Source: Candidatus Scalinduaceae bacterium (GTDB lineage: Bacteria; Planctomycetota; Brocadiia; Brocadiales; Scalinduaceae). From it: DNA of 32,362 nt. The notes under the pieces were generated by a model. That model saw only the letters and a program-made list of their open reading frames with translations. It ran no database searches and was not told where the DNA came from. Positions 10,230-21,105 of this stretch are shown here, piece by piece (within the stretch, counting starts at the first letter, position 1; every line of letters starts with the position of its first letter). The stretch covers positions 1 through 32,362 of the forward strand of contig JBHICG010000037.1 of assembly GCA_046759445.1 (NCBI GenBank), written 5' to 3'. The position numbers were made by a program, and so were the translations under genes.

Positions 10230-11768
10230 ATGATTATAAAAAGCTTTATTTCAACCGCAAAGAAAAATTTTAATAAGACCGTATTGGAAGATTCAACAGG
10301 AATATCCTTGACCTATGGACAGACACTCACTGCCTGTATCATCCTGTCTGAACAAGTCCGCAAACTGAAGGGTGAAAATATCGCACTTTTATTCCCTGCC
10401 TCCGTAGGAGGGGCATTATCATATATTGCTACATCTTTTGCAGGTAAAATTCCAGTTGGCCTGAATTTCCTTGCAGGTAAAGAGGAACAGGATTGGGTAA
10501 TAAATGTTTGTGATATTAAAACAATTTTTACCTCCAGAATATTCATTCAGAAGGCAGAAATACCAGAAGACCACAGAATGGTCTTTATAGAAGATCTAAG
10601 GGATAGGATATCAAAAATACAAAAGATACTTACATTTTTATCTTGTAAGATTAAGCCAAGCAGTTCATTAATTCAAAAATTTAAAAAGTACGACGCTCCA
10701 GACAAAACAGCCATTATACTATTTACATCCGGTTCAGAATCCCGCCCAAAAGGTGTTCCTTTAACAAACTATAATATTTACATAAGCACTCAAAACTATA
10801 GTACTGTTTTTGAGCCGGTTCCTGAAGATAAGATACTAGGCACACTACCATTTTTTCATGTCTTTGGTTTTACCGTCAGTATCTGGATGCCCTTAATGTT
10901 TGGTATAGGAGTTGTTTTTCATCCAAACCCTACAGATTACGAAAGACTCGGTAAGATTGTCCAAAAACATCGAGTGACTATGCTCTTGGGAACAAGCACA
11001 CTTTATCGAGGCTTTATGAAAAGATGGAGAAAGGAACAAGTATCAAGTGTTCGCCTGGCATTTGCCGGTGCAGAAAAATTACATGAAAACGTCAGAAAGA
11101 AATTCCATGAAAAACTGAACATAAACATCCTTGAAGGCTATGGAGTTACGGAAAGTTGCTCATGTATTTCAGTAAACTCCCCAAAAGATTTCCGCCACGG
11201 AAGCGTTGGAAAACCTTTGCCGGATGTCCAATGCAAAATCGTGAACCCCGAAACATATGAAGAGCTCCCGTCAGGAGAGGAAGGTTTGATACTCATAAAA
11301 GGACCAAATGTTATGAAAGGATATTATAAATCACCTGAATTGACCAGTCAGGCTTTTCATAATGGTTTTTATATAACCGGTGACATAGGAAAGTTCAAAA
11401 ACGGATTTTTATATATTACAGATCGTTTAAAAAGATTTGCCAAGATTGGTGGAGAATTGATTCCTCTCTCTCCCGTCGAAGACAAATTAGCCCACATCCT
11501 GGATGAAAACACCGATCACGAAAAAAGAAAATGTGCAATTGTGAACATTCCACACACTCAGAAGGGAGAGCAACTCATAGCATTCGTTGTAGAAACACAT
11601 CCGGATAAGCTATTACTTAACCAAAAACTGGACAGCCTCGGTCTGCCAAATCTATCACAACCTGATCATTATGTGCCCATTGACGCCATTCCAATCCTTC
11701 CCTCAGGAAAAGTTGACTATAAGAGTTTGAAAGAACTTGCCATAAAAGAATTTGCACAGATTAACTAA
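10230..11768 (+). CDS. Stand-alone Aas-like acyl-ACP synthetase / AMP-binding protein
   Basis: LFTSGSESRPKGV, EGYGVTE, YITGDIG, DRLKRFAKIGGE and SGKVDY, as in the Aas C-terminal ligase; no acyltransferase or MFS domain. Confidence 0.85.
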   Translation: MIIKSFISTAKKNFNKTVLEDSTGISLTYGQTLTACIILSEQVRKLKGENIALLFPASVGGALSYIATSFAGKIPVGLNFLAGKEEQDWVINVCDIKTIFTSRIFIQKAEIPEDHRMVFIEDLRDRISKIQKILTFLSCKIKPSSSLIQKFKKYDAPDKTAIILFTSGSESRPKGVPLTNYNIYISTQNYSTVFEPVPEDKILGTLPFFHVFGFTVSIWMPLMFGIGVVFHPNPTDYERLGKIVQKHRVTMLLGTSTLYRGFMKRWRKEQVSSVRLAFAGAEKLHENVRKKFHEKLNINILEGYGVTESCSCISVNSPKDFRHGSVGKPLPDVQCKIVNPETYEELPSGEEGLILIKGPNVMKGYYKSPELTSQAFHNGFYITGDIGKFKNGFLYITDRLKRFAKIGGELIPLSPVEDKLAHILDENTDHEKRKCAIVNIPHTQKGEQLIAFVVETHPDKLLLNQKLDSLGLPNLSQPDHYVPIDAIPILPSGKVDYKSLKELAIKEFAQIN

Positions 11769-11960
11769 AACCGTGTTTACCGTCCAGGGTATTGGAATAC
11801 TCGCTGAGTTTGGGCAGGGATCCAAGAATTGGAAGCCCCAAGTAACGGGCTACCTCTCGTTCAGACTTAAATGAGGTATCCGTAATCTCAAGTACACCTA
11901 AAAATATTAGAACAACTAGTACTGAGCCCAAAAAAGACCACATAAGTGGGAAAAGACGGT
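11761..11960 (-). pseudogene. C-terminal remnant of a polysaccharide chain-length determinant (Wzz/Wzc-type)
   Basis: TM helix followed by LEITDTSFKSEREVARYLGLPILGSLP; sequence further upstream does not look homologous. Upstream boundary approximate. Confidence 0.65.
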
Positions 11961-12579
11961 AAGATCGCCAAAGGATAAAATGTGTTTTGGCCTCGATGCC
12001 ACGTAACACTTCGATGTTGCCATTCCATTGTGATGACGTCTCCTGATAACCAGGAACTTGTTCTCTCCCCTCACTGGCTTTCTCAACCAACCGTCTGGTA
12101 ACCAACAAACATGCAGGCTTGGTCTTTAACAAGGTAGCCTCAAGCGATGTAAAGTTCTTTTGATTTCTACAATATCGGCAAGACGCTCAATTTGCTTAGA
12201 TGTAAAACATTCATGGTATTCCTGCATTTACTTTAATAATTGAAACTGTTATATTTCAGAAAGATTTTTATAGAATCTATTATTTTGCATAATAAAAAAA
12301 ACTTGAATGTCAAGGATAATGAATATTTTGAAAATGAAAATATTATGATAAACAAATACAAAGAAGATTAGCCTGGATTCTTATGTATAAGAAAATTCAA
12401 TCAGCTTCAAAGGTCAGTGTAATGGAGATGATAATGCGCTTAATCTTGATAAATGATTTATTATTGATTTTTCATAGCATTTTGATAGTTTTGGTCTATA
12501 GCAAGAATGGAATATGATCTGAGACTCAAGGAGAAATTCGAGAAGCCAAATTCATTGATCAAGATATGCCCCCCTTCTA

Positions 12580-13178
12580 ATGTCTAACATCATAAAAAAT
12601 TACAGGATAAATATCCAGTTATTCCAATTTATAAGGACAGAATAAATGACATCCTCTCTTTATATACTGCCGTATATCCCGAGAGATCTACGGAAAAACA
12701 TCTGTCATCCCGGTGGTACTACGAGTATAGATTAAATCCAAACATGAAGCCTGAAGACCCATGGTTCTACGGAATAAAAAAGGATAATCAAATAGTAGCA
12801 TCGGTTGGTAGATTCCCTGTAAGGATGAAAATTAAGGAAAGAACGTTTGATGCATGTTGGCTTGTTGATTTGTTAGTACACCCTCACTACCAGGGAATTG
12901 GACTGGGGTATTTACTTACCCAAGAATTTATTAATAAGGAAGGTTTTGTCATTAGTCAGGGTGAAACGGATGCATCGTTCAGGCTGCTTAAAAGCATGCA
13001 TACATCCGTAATTGGAAAACTCTATTTCTTGAGAAAATATTATTCAATATATAATACGAAATGGAGTCCACACAAAGAAAATAAAGAATTAAAAGAGAAA
13101 ACTGGTTCTTTTCAACAGGTGAAAGTGACATGTTCATTGTTTAAGGAAATTAACGTATGGCATCCATTGAAAAACTAA
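12580..13178 (+). pseudogene. GNAT-family acetyltransferase, apparently frameshifted near the N-terminus and truncated
   Basis: DLLVHPHYQGIGLG acetyl-CoA motif. The frame of 12744 extends upstream (INDILSLYTAVYP...RWYYEYRLNP) with no in-frame ATG; ATG 12580 is in another frame. Confidence 0.6.
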
Positions 13179-13432
13179 AGGGTGAGGTTCTATCTTTTCT
13201 TGATGTACCACTAGAAAAGATTAATATTAATCTTCATGAATCTCTGTTAGAAAGCGGATTATTGGATTCTATGAATGTCCTAGAACTCATTACGCATCTG
13301 GAACAGGCATATAAAGTTGAATTCACGACTGAAGACATGACACGTAGTAATTTTGAAACTATCAATGCTATTGGTAAACTCCTGACGAGGAAAAATATTT
13401 CTATAGAACATGATAACACAGACAATTCTTAA
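13157..13432 (+). CDS. Acyl carrier protein
   Basis: Phosphopantetheine site GLLDSMNVLELI; acidic 91 aa; AAGGA SD. Confidence 0.9.
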   Translation: MASIEKLKGEVLSFLDVPLEKININLHESLLESGLLDSMNVLELITHLEQAYKVEFTTEDMTRSNFETINAIGKLLTRKNISIEHDNTDNS

Positions 13433-14993
13433 ATATTCCAGTATAAAGTTTCCAGAAAAACATGCGGTTGTATCATCCTCCAAATGCATAAAATACAAAG
13501 AGCTGGAAAGTTTATCAAATAAACTCGCAGCATTACTGATAGAATACGGCATAAAAAGAGGAGATAAAGTTAGTGTCTACCTGCCTAAATCCATAGAGGA
13601 AGTAATATCCATCTTTGCTATCGTTAAGGCAGGAGGGATATTCGTTTTGTTAAATCCTGTGTTAAAAAAGAACCAGGTAGAACATATTATAAATGACTGT
13701 GGAATCAAAATCCTAATAAGTAACAATACAAAACTTAAATATATAAATTATCAGAAACATGAATTCAAATCCCTCTCAAAACTTTTGTTATTTGAAGAGA
13801 AAACGGATTATTCTCCCCACACGTCATCAGAAAAAACAATAAATGTTAGCAATGCTATTGAAAACATTGAGGAGAATTTTATTCAACCAGCCTGTGTCCC
13901 TTCAGACCTTGCAACAATTATATATACGTCTGGTGCGACTGGTAAGCCAAAAGGAATAATGACAACTCATCAAAACCTATTTGAGGGGACTGAGATAATC
14001 TCAAAATATCTAGATATGAATGTTAATGACATTATACTCGGTATTTTACCCTTTAGTTTTGATTATGGTTTAGACCAATTACTTACCAGCTTAAGAGTTG
14101 GAGGAACGATAGTGCTGCACGATTTCCTCTTTCCAGAAGATACATTAAAAGTTATAGCGGAACAAAAAATAACTGGTGTTGCTGGAGTACCCGTAATCTG
14201 GAACATAATAGCTGAAGTTGAAAATATCTCAAGAGAATATAAATTCCCGCAATTGAGATATATAACTAATTCCGGGGGCAAACTTACCAGACAAAACGTA
14301 TTTAAACTCATGGAAATTTTCCCTGATGCCAAATTGTACTTGATGTACGGTTTGACAGAGTCCCATAGGTCAACATTTTTAGACCCTTCTATGGTCAAAT
14401 CAAAACCAGATTCTATTGGAAAAGCTATTCCAAATGTAGAAGTTTATATCCTAAATGAAGAAAACAAGCCTTGCAAACCCGGCGAAACAGGAGAACTCGT
14501 TCATAGAGGAGCATTAATATCCATGGGATATTGGAATGACCCTGTCAGGACAAATGAGGTATTCAGACCTAATCCACTTCTCCCTGAGGATACTCTACAA
14601 TCCGAAAAGGTGGTCTACTCAGGAGATCTGGCCAAATACGATGAAGAAGGATTTATTTACTATGTAGGAAGAAAGGACGATATGATTAAAAAAATGGGTT
14701 ATCGGGTGAGTCCAACTGAGATTGAGGAAGCCATCTTGAAAATGAAAAAGATAAGTTGCGTAATTGCAGTTTGTATTGAGCTGGAAAATCTTGAGCAAGA
14801 CATTTTGTGTTATGTTATTTTACAAAAGAAAGCCAAATGCTCTAAAAGTGAAATACTACAATTTTTACGAAACAATATTCCTTCATACATGATGCCCAGA
14901 GAAATCGTATTTAAAGAATCTATCCCTATTTCGCCTAATGGTAAAATAGATAAATCTTCCCTGAAAAAAGAAGCTCGCATTTATGTCAGTTAA
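13410..14993 (+). CDS. AMP-forming acyl-CoA/ACP ligase (exosortase-A-system-associated type)
   Basis: YTSGATGKPKG, LPFSFDYG, MYGLTE, PDSIGKAIP, GELVHRGAL, YSGD, PNGKID; adjacent to a PLP decarboxylase. Confidence 0.88.
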   Translation: MITQTILKYSSIKFPEKHAVVSSSKCIKYKELESLSNKLAALLIEYGIKRGDKVSVYLPKSIEEVISIFAIVKAGGIFVLLNPVLKKNQVEHIINDCGIKILISNNTKLKYINYQKHEFKSLSKLLLFEEKTDYSPHTSSEKTINVSNAIENIEENFIQPACVPSDLATIIYTSGATGKPKGIMTTHQNLFEGTEIISKYLDMNVNDIILGILPFSFDYGLDQLLTSLRVGGTIVLHDFLFPEDTLKVIAEQKITGVAGVPVIWNIIAEVENISREYKFPQLRYITNSGGKLTRQNVFKLMEIFPDAKLYLMYGLTESHRSTFLDPSMVKSKPDSIGKAIPNVEVYILNEENKPCKPGETGELVHRGALISMGYWNDPVRTNEVFRPNPLLPEDTLQSEKVVYSGDLAKYDEEGFIYYVGRKDDMIKKMGYRVSPTEIEEAILKMKKISCVIAVCIELENLEQDILCYVILQKKAKCSKSEILQFLRNNIPSYMMPREIVFKESIPISPNGKIDKSSLKKEARIYVS

Positions 14994-16266
14994 ACAAATA
15001 AACAAGCTCGGTCATTTGGAAATGTGTGGACACGACCTTTTAGCCATTGCTCATAAGGTTGAAAGCCCATTCTATCTTTATTTTGCCAAAGATATTGAAG
15101 AAAAATATAGACTGCTCAAATCGCTTTTACCAGAGAACATGGGAATTTTTTACGCCGTAAAGGCGAACCCTAACCCAGAAATCCTTGCCCTTTTAAAAGG
15201 TTTTAATTCAGGTTTTGACATATCTTCGGGAGGAGAATTTTCAAGATGTTTAAGTGTGGGGATTTCTCCACAGAATATAAGTTTTTCTGGACCTGGGAAA
15301 AATGAAAAAGAACTTTCCGAGGTTATTCGGAATAATGTTTTTGCAATAAGTGTAGAATCTCAGAGAGAAATTGAAAAGATTATGGATATTGTTAAATCTA
15401 CATCAACGATAGTAAATATCATGTTACGAATTAATCCAACCAAGAAACCCCAGAAATTCTCACTTAAAATGGGAGGGTTGCCATCACAATTTGGAGTTGA
15501 TGAAGAAATGGCGCCAGAAATAATCAAGACTATCGGAAAACACGATTTACTTAATTTCATAGGAATCCACGTTTTCAACGGAACACAGTGTCTGGATTCA
15601 AAGGCCATTATAAATAACATTTCAGAAACAATTAAAATGGCAGAAAGGATATCTCAAAAAGAAAGCATAGAGTTAAAATTCATAAATTTAGGAGGCGGTT
15701 TTGGTGTTCCTTACTATGAGGGAGATGAGGAATTAAACATTCAGGAAGTATGCAATGCCATAAAAGACATCTTATCATTAATACAAAAAACCTCACACAG
15801 TCTTAAAAATACCAGGTTTATTTTAGAATTGGGTAGATTTTTAGTGGCTCAATGTGGAATCTACATAGCAAAAATTACTGACATAAAGGTCTCAAAAGGG
15901 AAAAAATTCATCATACTCAATGGCGGAATGAATCATCATCTTGCTGCTTCTGGAAATTTTGGCCAAGTCTTGAGAAAAAATTATGTTATGTGTCCATTAG
16001 AAATGCGCAATATAAAAAAGCAGGAAAAGGTAAATGTAGTTGGCCCCTTATGCACACCCATTGACAGGCTTGCTACTGAAATCTTATTGCCGGAATTAAG
16101 GATTGGTGATTACATTGGTATTTTTAATTCAGGCGCTTATGGTTTTACGGCAAGCCCACTCCTCTTTCTATCACACAACTTACCTATCGAAGTTTTCCAG
16201 TTAGAGAATAAAATTAAAGTTGTTACGGCTTCAAAAAATATTCAATTTAAGACATATACAATCTAG
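14983..16266 (+). CDS. PLP-dependent decarboxylase, diaminopimelate/ornithine decarboxylase fold (exosortase-A-associated type)
   Basis: YAVKAN PLP lysine, GGGFG, ELGRFLV, GGMNHHLAASGNFGQV, GPLCTPID, GAYG. Confidence 0.9.
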   Translation: MSVKQINKLGHLEMCGHDLLAIAHKVESPFYLYFAKDIEEKYRLLKSLLPENMGIFYAVKANPNPEILALLKGFNSGFDISSGGEFSRCLSVGISPQNISFSGPGKNEKELSEVIRNNVFAISVESQREIEKIMDIVKSTSTIVNIMLRINPTKKPQKFSLKMGGLPSQFGVDEEMAPEIIKTIGKHDLLNFIGIHVFNGTQCLDSKAIINNISETIKMAERISQKESIELKFINLGGGFGVPYYEGDEELNIQEVCNAIKDILSLIQKTSHSLKNTRFILELGRFLVAQCGIYIAKITDIKVSKGKKFIILNGGMNHHLAASGNFGQVLRKNYVMCPLEMRNIKKQEKVNVVGPLCTPIDRLATEILLPELRIGDYIGIFNSGAYGFTASPLLFLSHNLPIEVFQLENKIKVVTASKNIQFKTYTI

Positions 16267-16304
16267 TAATACCTCAATCTTAAAATAAAAGGATTAAGGT
16301 AATT

Positions 16305-16773
16305 ATGAAGATATTATTCTCTGGCTACCATAACCCTAATTTCATCACCATTACCGAGTACATTGAAAGAGCCATATTAAAACAGGGACATGAACTAGAA
16401 ACATATGATTATAGAAGTTTCATTATTCCCGGCAGAATAAGGGAAAAGGTACAGTTCTTGGATCAATGTATCCTGAAAGAGTTGAACTATTTGAAACGCT
16501 TACAGAATTTAATTTGGGCATCTGGGGTCCTGGATGGGAGAAACTCAATATTAATTCTCCCTTAAAAAAGCATATTCGGTGAGGTCATCTAATCCCATCC
16601 GAATGGGTAAAGATATATAATGCATCAAAGATTGTGATGAATTATATGGGACACTATTTTGTTTTAAAGATACAAGAGATGTAAAGGGGCTGGTAAGATA
16701 TTATTTGGATCATCTTAAGAAACGCAAAGAAATTGCACAAAAAGGGCATAGAGAGGTTTTAGAAAAACATACA
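16305..16773 (+). pseudogene. CgeB-like glycosyltransferase remnant with internal deletions, frameshifts and a stop
   Basis: Fragments MKILFSGYHNPNF..., then in another frame [10 protein letters not shown]...GIWGPGW...HIR*GHL...WVKIYNASKIVMN (TGA 16580-16582), then YYLDHLKKRKEIAQKGHREVLEKHT. Confidence 0.8.
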
Positions 16774-17011
16774 AAGATCAAGAAAAAGGTAGTCTTCCCC
16801 TTAATCTCAATTGTTCTATTACATAAAAGCCACCAAAAAGCGATCTTTCACGTCTTTAAAAAACCTTTGAATTTATATCAAATTAATCAACTATTAGTTG
16901 AAAATTTCAACAAAAAACAAAAAAATAGATATAAATCACTAAACAATTCTCTAATTTATAACTGTCATTATATTAACGTGTTATGGAATATTGAAGATTC
17001 AATAAGTTAGT

Positions 17012-17028
17012 TTGGAACAAGACTTGCT
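17012..17028 (+). promoter_or_regulatory. Putative sigma54 (-24/-12) promoter
   Basis: TTGGAAC-AAGAC-TTGCT matches TGGCAC-N5-TTGCW with exact spacing, about 60 nt upstream of a TTG start with AGGAG SD. Confidence 0.65.
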
Positions 17029-17086
17029 CAATTTAATGAATGTAATGAATGCTTTTTTACATTTATGAAATTATAGGAGTAGTAAA

Positions 17087-17275
17087 TTGCAAGATACAAC
17101 AAAATGCCCAAATTGTGATTTTCAAGACTTCAACTACGAAGGCATTCAGACATTTAACAAACCGATTAGAAAGAGCCTAGATTTATGGACATGCAATAAT
17201 TGTCACTCAACTATTTCAATTGAAAGAAGAAAAGAAGAAAGGATTATCCTTTCTGTGGTTACTCCTTCTTTTTAA
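17087..17275 (+). CDS. Small zinc-ribbon protein
   Basis: CPNC...CNNC pairs; AGGAG SD before the TTG start. Confidence 0.65.
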   Translation: MQDTTKCPNCDFQDFNYEGIQTFNKPIRKSLDLWTCNNCHSTISIERRKEERIILSVVTPSF

Positions 17276-17350
17276 TACCCTCAATCTTATTAAAACCAAC
17301 ACTTTCCTCATAGACCTACTTCCAAGTTCAGATTATCAACAAATCTTAAT

Positions 17351-18688
17351 TTAAAGAATATATTTGCTTAAATCCTCATCTTTTATTATATCTTTCAACT
17401 TTTCTTGCACATATTCTGCATCAACCACAACTTCTTTACCTTTTAATTCAGGAGCATCAAATGAATCATCTTCCAACAATTTTTCCATAACCGTATGCAA
17501 TCTTCTCGCCCCAATGCTCTGCCCCCTTCTGTTTATCTTAACAGCCATATCAGTTATTTCATCAATTGCATCTTTTAAAAATCTAAGTTTTACTCCTTCA
17601 GTATTGAGTAATTCGGTATATTGTTTTACAAGAGCATTCTTGGGTTCTGTTAGAATTCTGACAAATTCTTCCTTACCCAAATCCTTTAGTTCTACTCTAA
17701 TGGGAAATCTCCCCTGAAGCTCTGGTATTAAATCTGAAGGTTTTGAAACATGAAATGCGCCAGCAGCAATAAAAAGAATTCTATCGGTCTTGACCATGCC
17801 ATACCTTGTAACAACGGTAGAACCTTCCACTATAGGCAATATATCTCTTTGTACTCCCTCACGTGATATATCTGGGCCGCGTCCAGATTCACGGCTTGCG
17901 ACTTTATCCAACTCATCTATAAAAATTATCCCTGTATTCTCCGCACAATACAATGCCTTCATGATAACTTTGTCCTTATCAATCAACTTTTCAGCTTCCT
18001 CTTGCTTAAGAATCTGTCTTGCTTCACTTATTGTTATTTTTTTCACTTGTGCCCGCTGTGGAATCATCTTTTCAATAACGTTCTGAAAATCTATGCCTAT
18101 CTCCTCGATTCCAGCAACGATGCCCTGCATAACCACTGGTTTTTCCTGAACTTTTATCTCCACCATACGGTCTTCAAGTTTACCTTGTCTCAGCTTATTC
18201 CTGAATTTTTCGCGTGTTGTTTCTTGTTTTTCTACAATCTCAGTTTGCTCTTCAGTATTTTCTTTCTCTTCAGGCAATGGTAGAAGTAAATCCAGCAATC
18301 TTTCTTCGGCATTTATTTCAGCCTTCTTGCTAACCTTCTCCATCTGCTCCGTTCTAACCATATTAACGGCCACCTCAACGATATCTCTTATCATCGACTC
18401 CACATCACGTCCATGATAACCCACTTCCGTATATTTGGAAGCCTCAACTTTTATAAAAGGTGCTTCCACTAAATTTGCTATTCTCCGCGCTATTTCAGTC
18501 TTCCCTACACCTGTGGGACCTATCATTATAATATTTTTAGGCGTAACCTCTTCCCTTAGTTCGTCAGATAGCTGTAATCTTCTCCATCGGTTTCTTATTG
18601 CAATTGCAACTGCTCTTTTGGCATCCTTTTGACCAATTATATATTTATCCAATTCCTTAACAATTTCTCGGGGTGTCAATTCTTTCAC
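17351..18688 (-). CDS. hslU: ATP-dependent protease ATPase subunit HslU
   Basis: [48 protein letters not shown]. Start re-set to GTG 18688, which overlaps the hslV stop and has a GGAGG SD. Confidence 0.97.
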   Translation of the reverse strand: MKELTPREIVKELDKYIIGQKDAKRAVAIAIRNRWRRLQLSDELREEVTPKNIIMIGPTGVGKTEIARRIANLVEAPFIKVEASKYTEVGYHGRDVESMIRDIVEVAVNMVRTEQMEKVSKKAEINAEERLLDLLLPLPEEKENTEEQTEIVEKQETTREKFRNKLRQGKLEDRMVEIKVQEKPVVMQGIVAGIEEIGIDFQNVIEKMIPQRAQVKKITISEARQILKQEEAEKLIDKDKVIMKALYCAENTGIIFIDELDKVASRESGRGPDISREGVQRDILPIVEGSTVVTRYGMVKTDRILFIAAGAFHVSKPSDLIPELQGRFPIRVELKDLGKEEFVRILTEPKNALVKQYTELLNTEGVKLRFLKDAIDEITDMAVKINRRGQSIGARRLHTVMEKLLEDDSFDAPELKGKEVVVDAEYVQEKLKDIIKDEDLSKYIL

Positions 18689-19215
18689 TTGATTTCCTCC
18701 ACATGTATGTTTGCATTCGTATATACACATATCTCTGCAGTTATCTTTAAAGCCTCTTCCACTATCTGCCTTGCGTTAAGGTTGGAATATTTTACAAGAG
18801 CCCTTGCCGCAGCTGTTGCATACTGGCCTCCAGAACCTATTCCAATTATACCGTCATCAGGCTCAATTATCTCACCATTACCAGAAATAAGAAGTGAATA
18901 ATCCTTATCAACAACCGTCAATAATGATTCTAACCGTCTTAAAACCTTATCTGTACGCCAGTCTTTAGCAAGTTCATGCGCACTTCTTAGCACATTGCCT
19001 TGAAATTCCTCCAATTTGGCCTCGAATCTTTCTAAAAGAGCAAAGGAATCTGCAGCCGACCCAGCAAAACCCACAATAACATTTTCATGATATAATTTAC
19101 GTATTTTACAAGCCTCTTTTTTTACAATAACCGAGCTCATAGTTACCTGACCATCACCGCCTATGGCTATATTTCCCTTATGCCTTACCGATAAAATGGT
19201 TGTAGACTGAAACAT
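18685..19215 (-). CDS. hslV: ATP-dependent protease peptidase subunit HslV
   Basis: N-terminal [31 protein letters not shown]. Confidence 0.97.
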   Translation of the reverse strand: MFQSTTILSVRHKGNIAIGGDGQVTMSSVIVKKEACKIRKLYHENVIVGFAGSAADSFALLERFEAKLEEFQGNVLRSAHELAKDWRTDKVLRRLESLLTVVDKDYSLLISGNGEIIEPDDGIIGIGSGGQYATAAARALVKYSNLNARQIVEEALKITAEICVYTNANIHVEEIK

Positions 19216-19345
19216 TCAAATCACCCTAAAAAATTGTTATCTTGAAATAAAAACTCTATATCTATGAGCGAGTTAAAAATAACCACATATTCAACGAAAT
19301 ATAAAATGATTTTTAATACTAACAATACGCCCAATGCTTATCAAG

Positions 19346-19425
19346 TTTTTAATTAGTATCTGTTGCAGAAAGCTTAAATGCCTAAAAATGTCATTGGCAA
19401 TTCCGCAACAGAAACTAATTAAAAA
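19346..19425. repeat. 80-bp MITE-like element with 25-bp imperfect terminal inverted repeats
   Basis: TTTTTAATTAGTATCTGTTGCAGAA versus the reverse complement of TTCCGCAACAGAAACTAATTAAAAA: 2 mismatches. Confidence 0.55.
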
Positions 19426-19495
19426 ATACTTTACTTCACAATCTATCGTATTTATAAAAGGAATAATTTATCAACGATAGCATTATCCTGCAATT

Positions 19496-20152
19496 TCATA
19501 ATTCCATGCTTTCCCCTGGGCTTAATATCAGTACTTCAGCCAGACCCCCTACAAGATCTTTAAACTTACATGGATCGGCTTTAATTATTGGAAATGTACT
19601 ATAATGCATTGGGATGACCCTTTTGGGTTTAAGATATTCTACCGCCTTAACGGCTGATCTTATCCCCATTGTATAGCGATCACCTATTGGTAAAAAGGCG
19701 AGATCTATATTAAAGAATTCACCGATTATGTGCATATCACCGAAAAGACCTGTATCACCAGAATGGTAAATTGTTACACCTTCCGTCTCTATAACCACTC
19801 CTGCAGCATGACCATTTAGGCTGGAATGGTTCGCATTAACCATATTTATGGTTACATCCTCCATATTTATTGTGCCACCTATGTTCATTCCTTCCGATTG
19901 AATGCCAGAGTTTTCAGCGTCAACGGCTATCTCATGAATCCCAACTAAAACAGCTCCTGTATTCTTACAAATCTCATAAGCATCACCAATATGATCAGCA
20001 TGATTATGGGTAACAATAACGATATCTGCAACATCTATCTGATCTATAGATATCCCTGCAGTTGGATTTTCACTTAAGAATGGATCTACATAAATAGTCT
20101 TAGCCCCTTTGACGCATATGGCTGAATGTCCAAGAAAAGTTATTTTTATCAT
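19496..20152 (-). CDS. Metallo-beta-lactamase-fold metal-dependent hydrolase (UPF0173-like)
   Basis: FLGHS, THNHADHIGD, YHSGDTGLFGDM, LPIGDRYTMG, IPMHY. Confidence 0.92.
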   Translation of the reverse strand: MIKITFLGHSAICVKGAKTIYVDPFLSENPTAGISIDQIDVADIVIVTHNHADHIGDAYEICKNTGAVLVGIHEIAVDAENSGIQSEGMNIGGTINMEDVTINMVNANHSSLNGHAAGVVIETEGVTIYHSGDTGLFGDMHIIGEFFNIDLAFLPIGDRYTMGIRSAVKAVEYLKPKRVIPMHYSTFPIIKADPCKFKDLVGGLAEVLILSPGESMEL

Positions 20153-20452
20153 ATTCTAACTCCTCATAAGTAATTGTACTAAAATAGCAGGTTTACACTA
20201 CATATTCCCATACAACTGAACCAAAAGAAACATTATAAAATTAAAAGAGAATTAAAATGGTCTCTGTTGATACCCAAAAAGGTGCAGTAATAAATGGATT
20301 TTTTTTGCCCCGTTAGATAAATCCATCTTTCTCTGATTTCAGTTATAGATAATACCTGAATATGTACATAATACTGTCTATAACATAATATCTTACGAGG
20401 TTTATATCTGAAGATATGTACTAGTGTTTAGGAGAATTGGTTGTGGCTAAAG

Positions 20453-20656
20453 TTATTTGTAAACATCTATAGCAAAATCTGGACACATTAAACCGCAAAA
20501 TTTACATGCAGTACATTTGTTACCATTTACATATTGTGCAACATGATAACCTAAATGATTTACATCTTCTGACATCTTTATAAGCTCATAAGGACATGCC
20601 TTAACGCAAAGCTCACACCCTTTACATCTATATTCATTAATTACAATTTTCCCCAT
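20453..20656 (-). CDS. 2x[4Fe-4S] ferredoxin resembling a 2-oxoacid oxidoreductase delta subunit
   Basis: CKGCELCVKACP and CTACKFCGLMCPDFAI. Confidence 0.9.
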   Translation of the reverse strand: MGKIVINEYRCKGCELCVKACPYELIKMSEDVNHLGYHVAQYVNGNKCTACKFCGLMCPDFAIDVYK

Positions 20657-20962
20657 TGTTATTTTTTTATTTAAAAATATTTAATTATAAGTATCATTGA
20701 TTTTAAATAATCCTTTCTTCTTAATCAATAATAAAAAACATAATAATTTTTGAGGCAGTTGTTATTTAAATGGTTCAAAAGTTAAGTCGCTTTTAATTAA
20801 GGATTCTAGATGAAAAATATATCCATTAAAAGTTTTTAATTCATGTATTGCACTTGTTTATTGAATTGAGAACAACTATCGTATATCATTAAAAGTTAAA
20901 CTTTGAGTCCAGTATTCCGTTTTTTATATTATAATTTGACAATAACTCGAATTGTATTCACT

Positions 20963-20999
20963 TATTGCTGGTTCAGTCTACAAGACTGAACCAGCAATA
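20963..20999. repeat. Perfect 17-bp inverted repeat with 3-nt loop downstream of the integrase; possible terminator
   Basis: TATTGCTGGTTCAGTCT-ACA-AGACTGAACCAGCAATA; no long U-tract. Confidence 0.7.
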
Positions 21000-21105
21000 G
21001 ATTTATGATTCAATAAATAAGGGAATTCAAGATGATAGACATACACGCACATATAAGGATAAACGCTTCTCTATCATAATGATAATTAATCACTTACAAC
21101 AATAT

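Noticed and set aside
16705..17010. 101-aa ORF
   Set aside because: The first ~23 codons are the glycosyltransferase remnant; the rest runs through AT-rich promoter DNA.
18689..18730. N-terminal extension of HslU in the ORF track
   Set aside because: It overlaps hslV; GTG 18688 with a GGAGG SD gives the canonical N-terminus.
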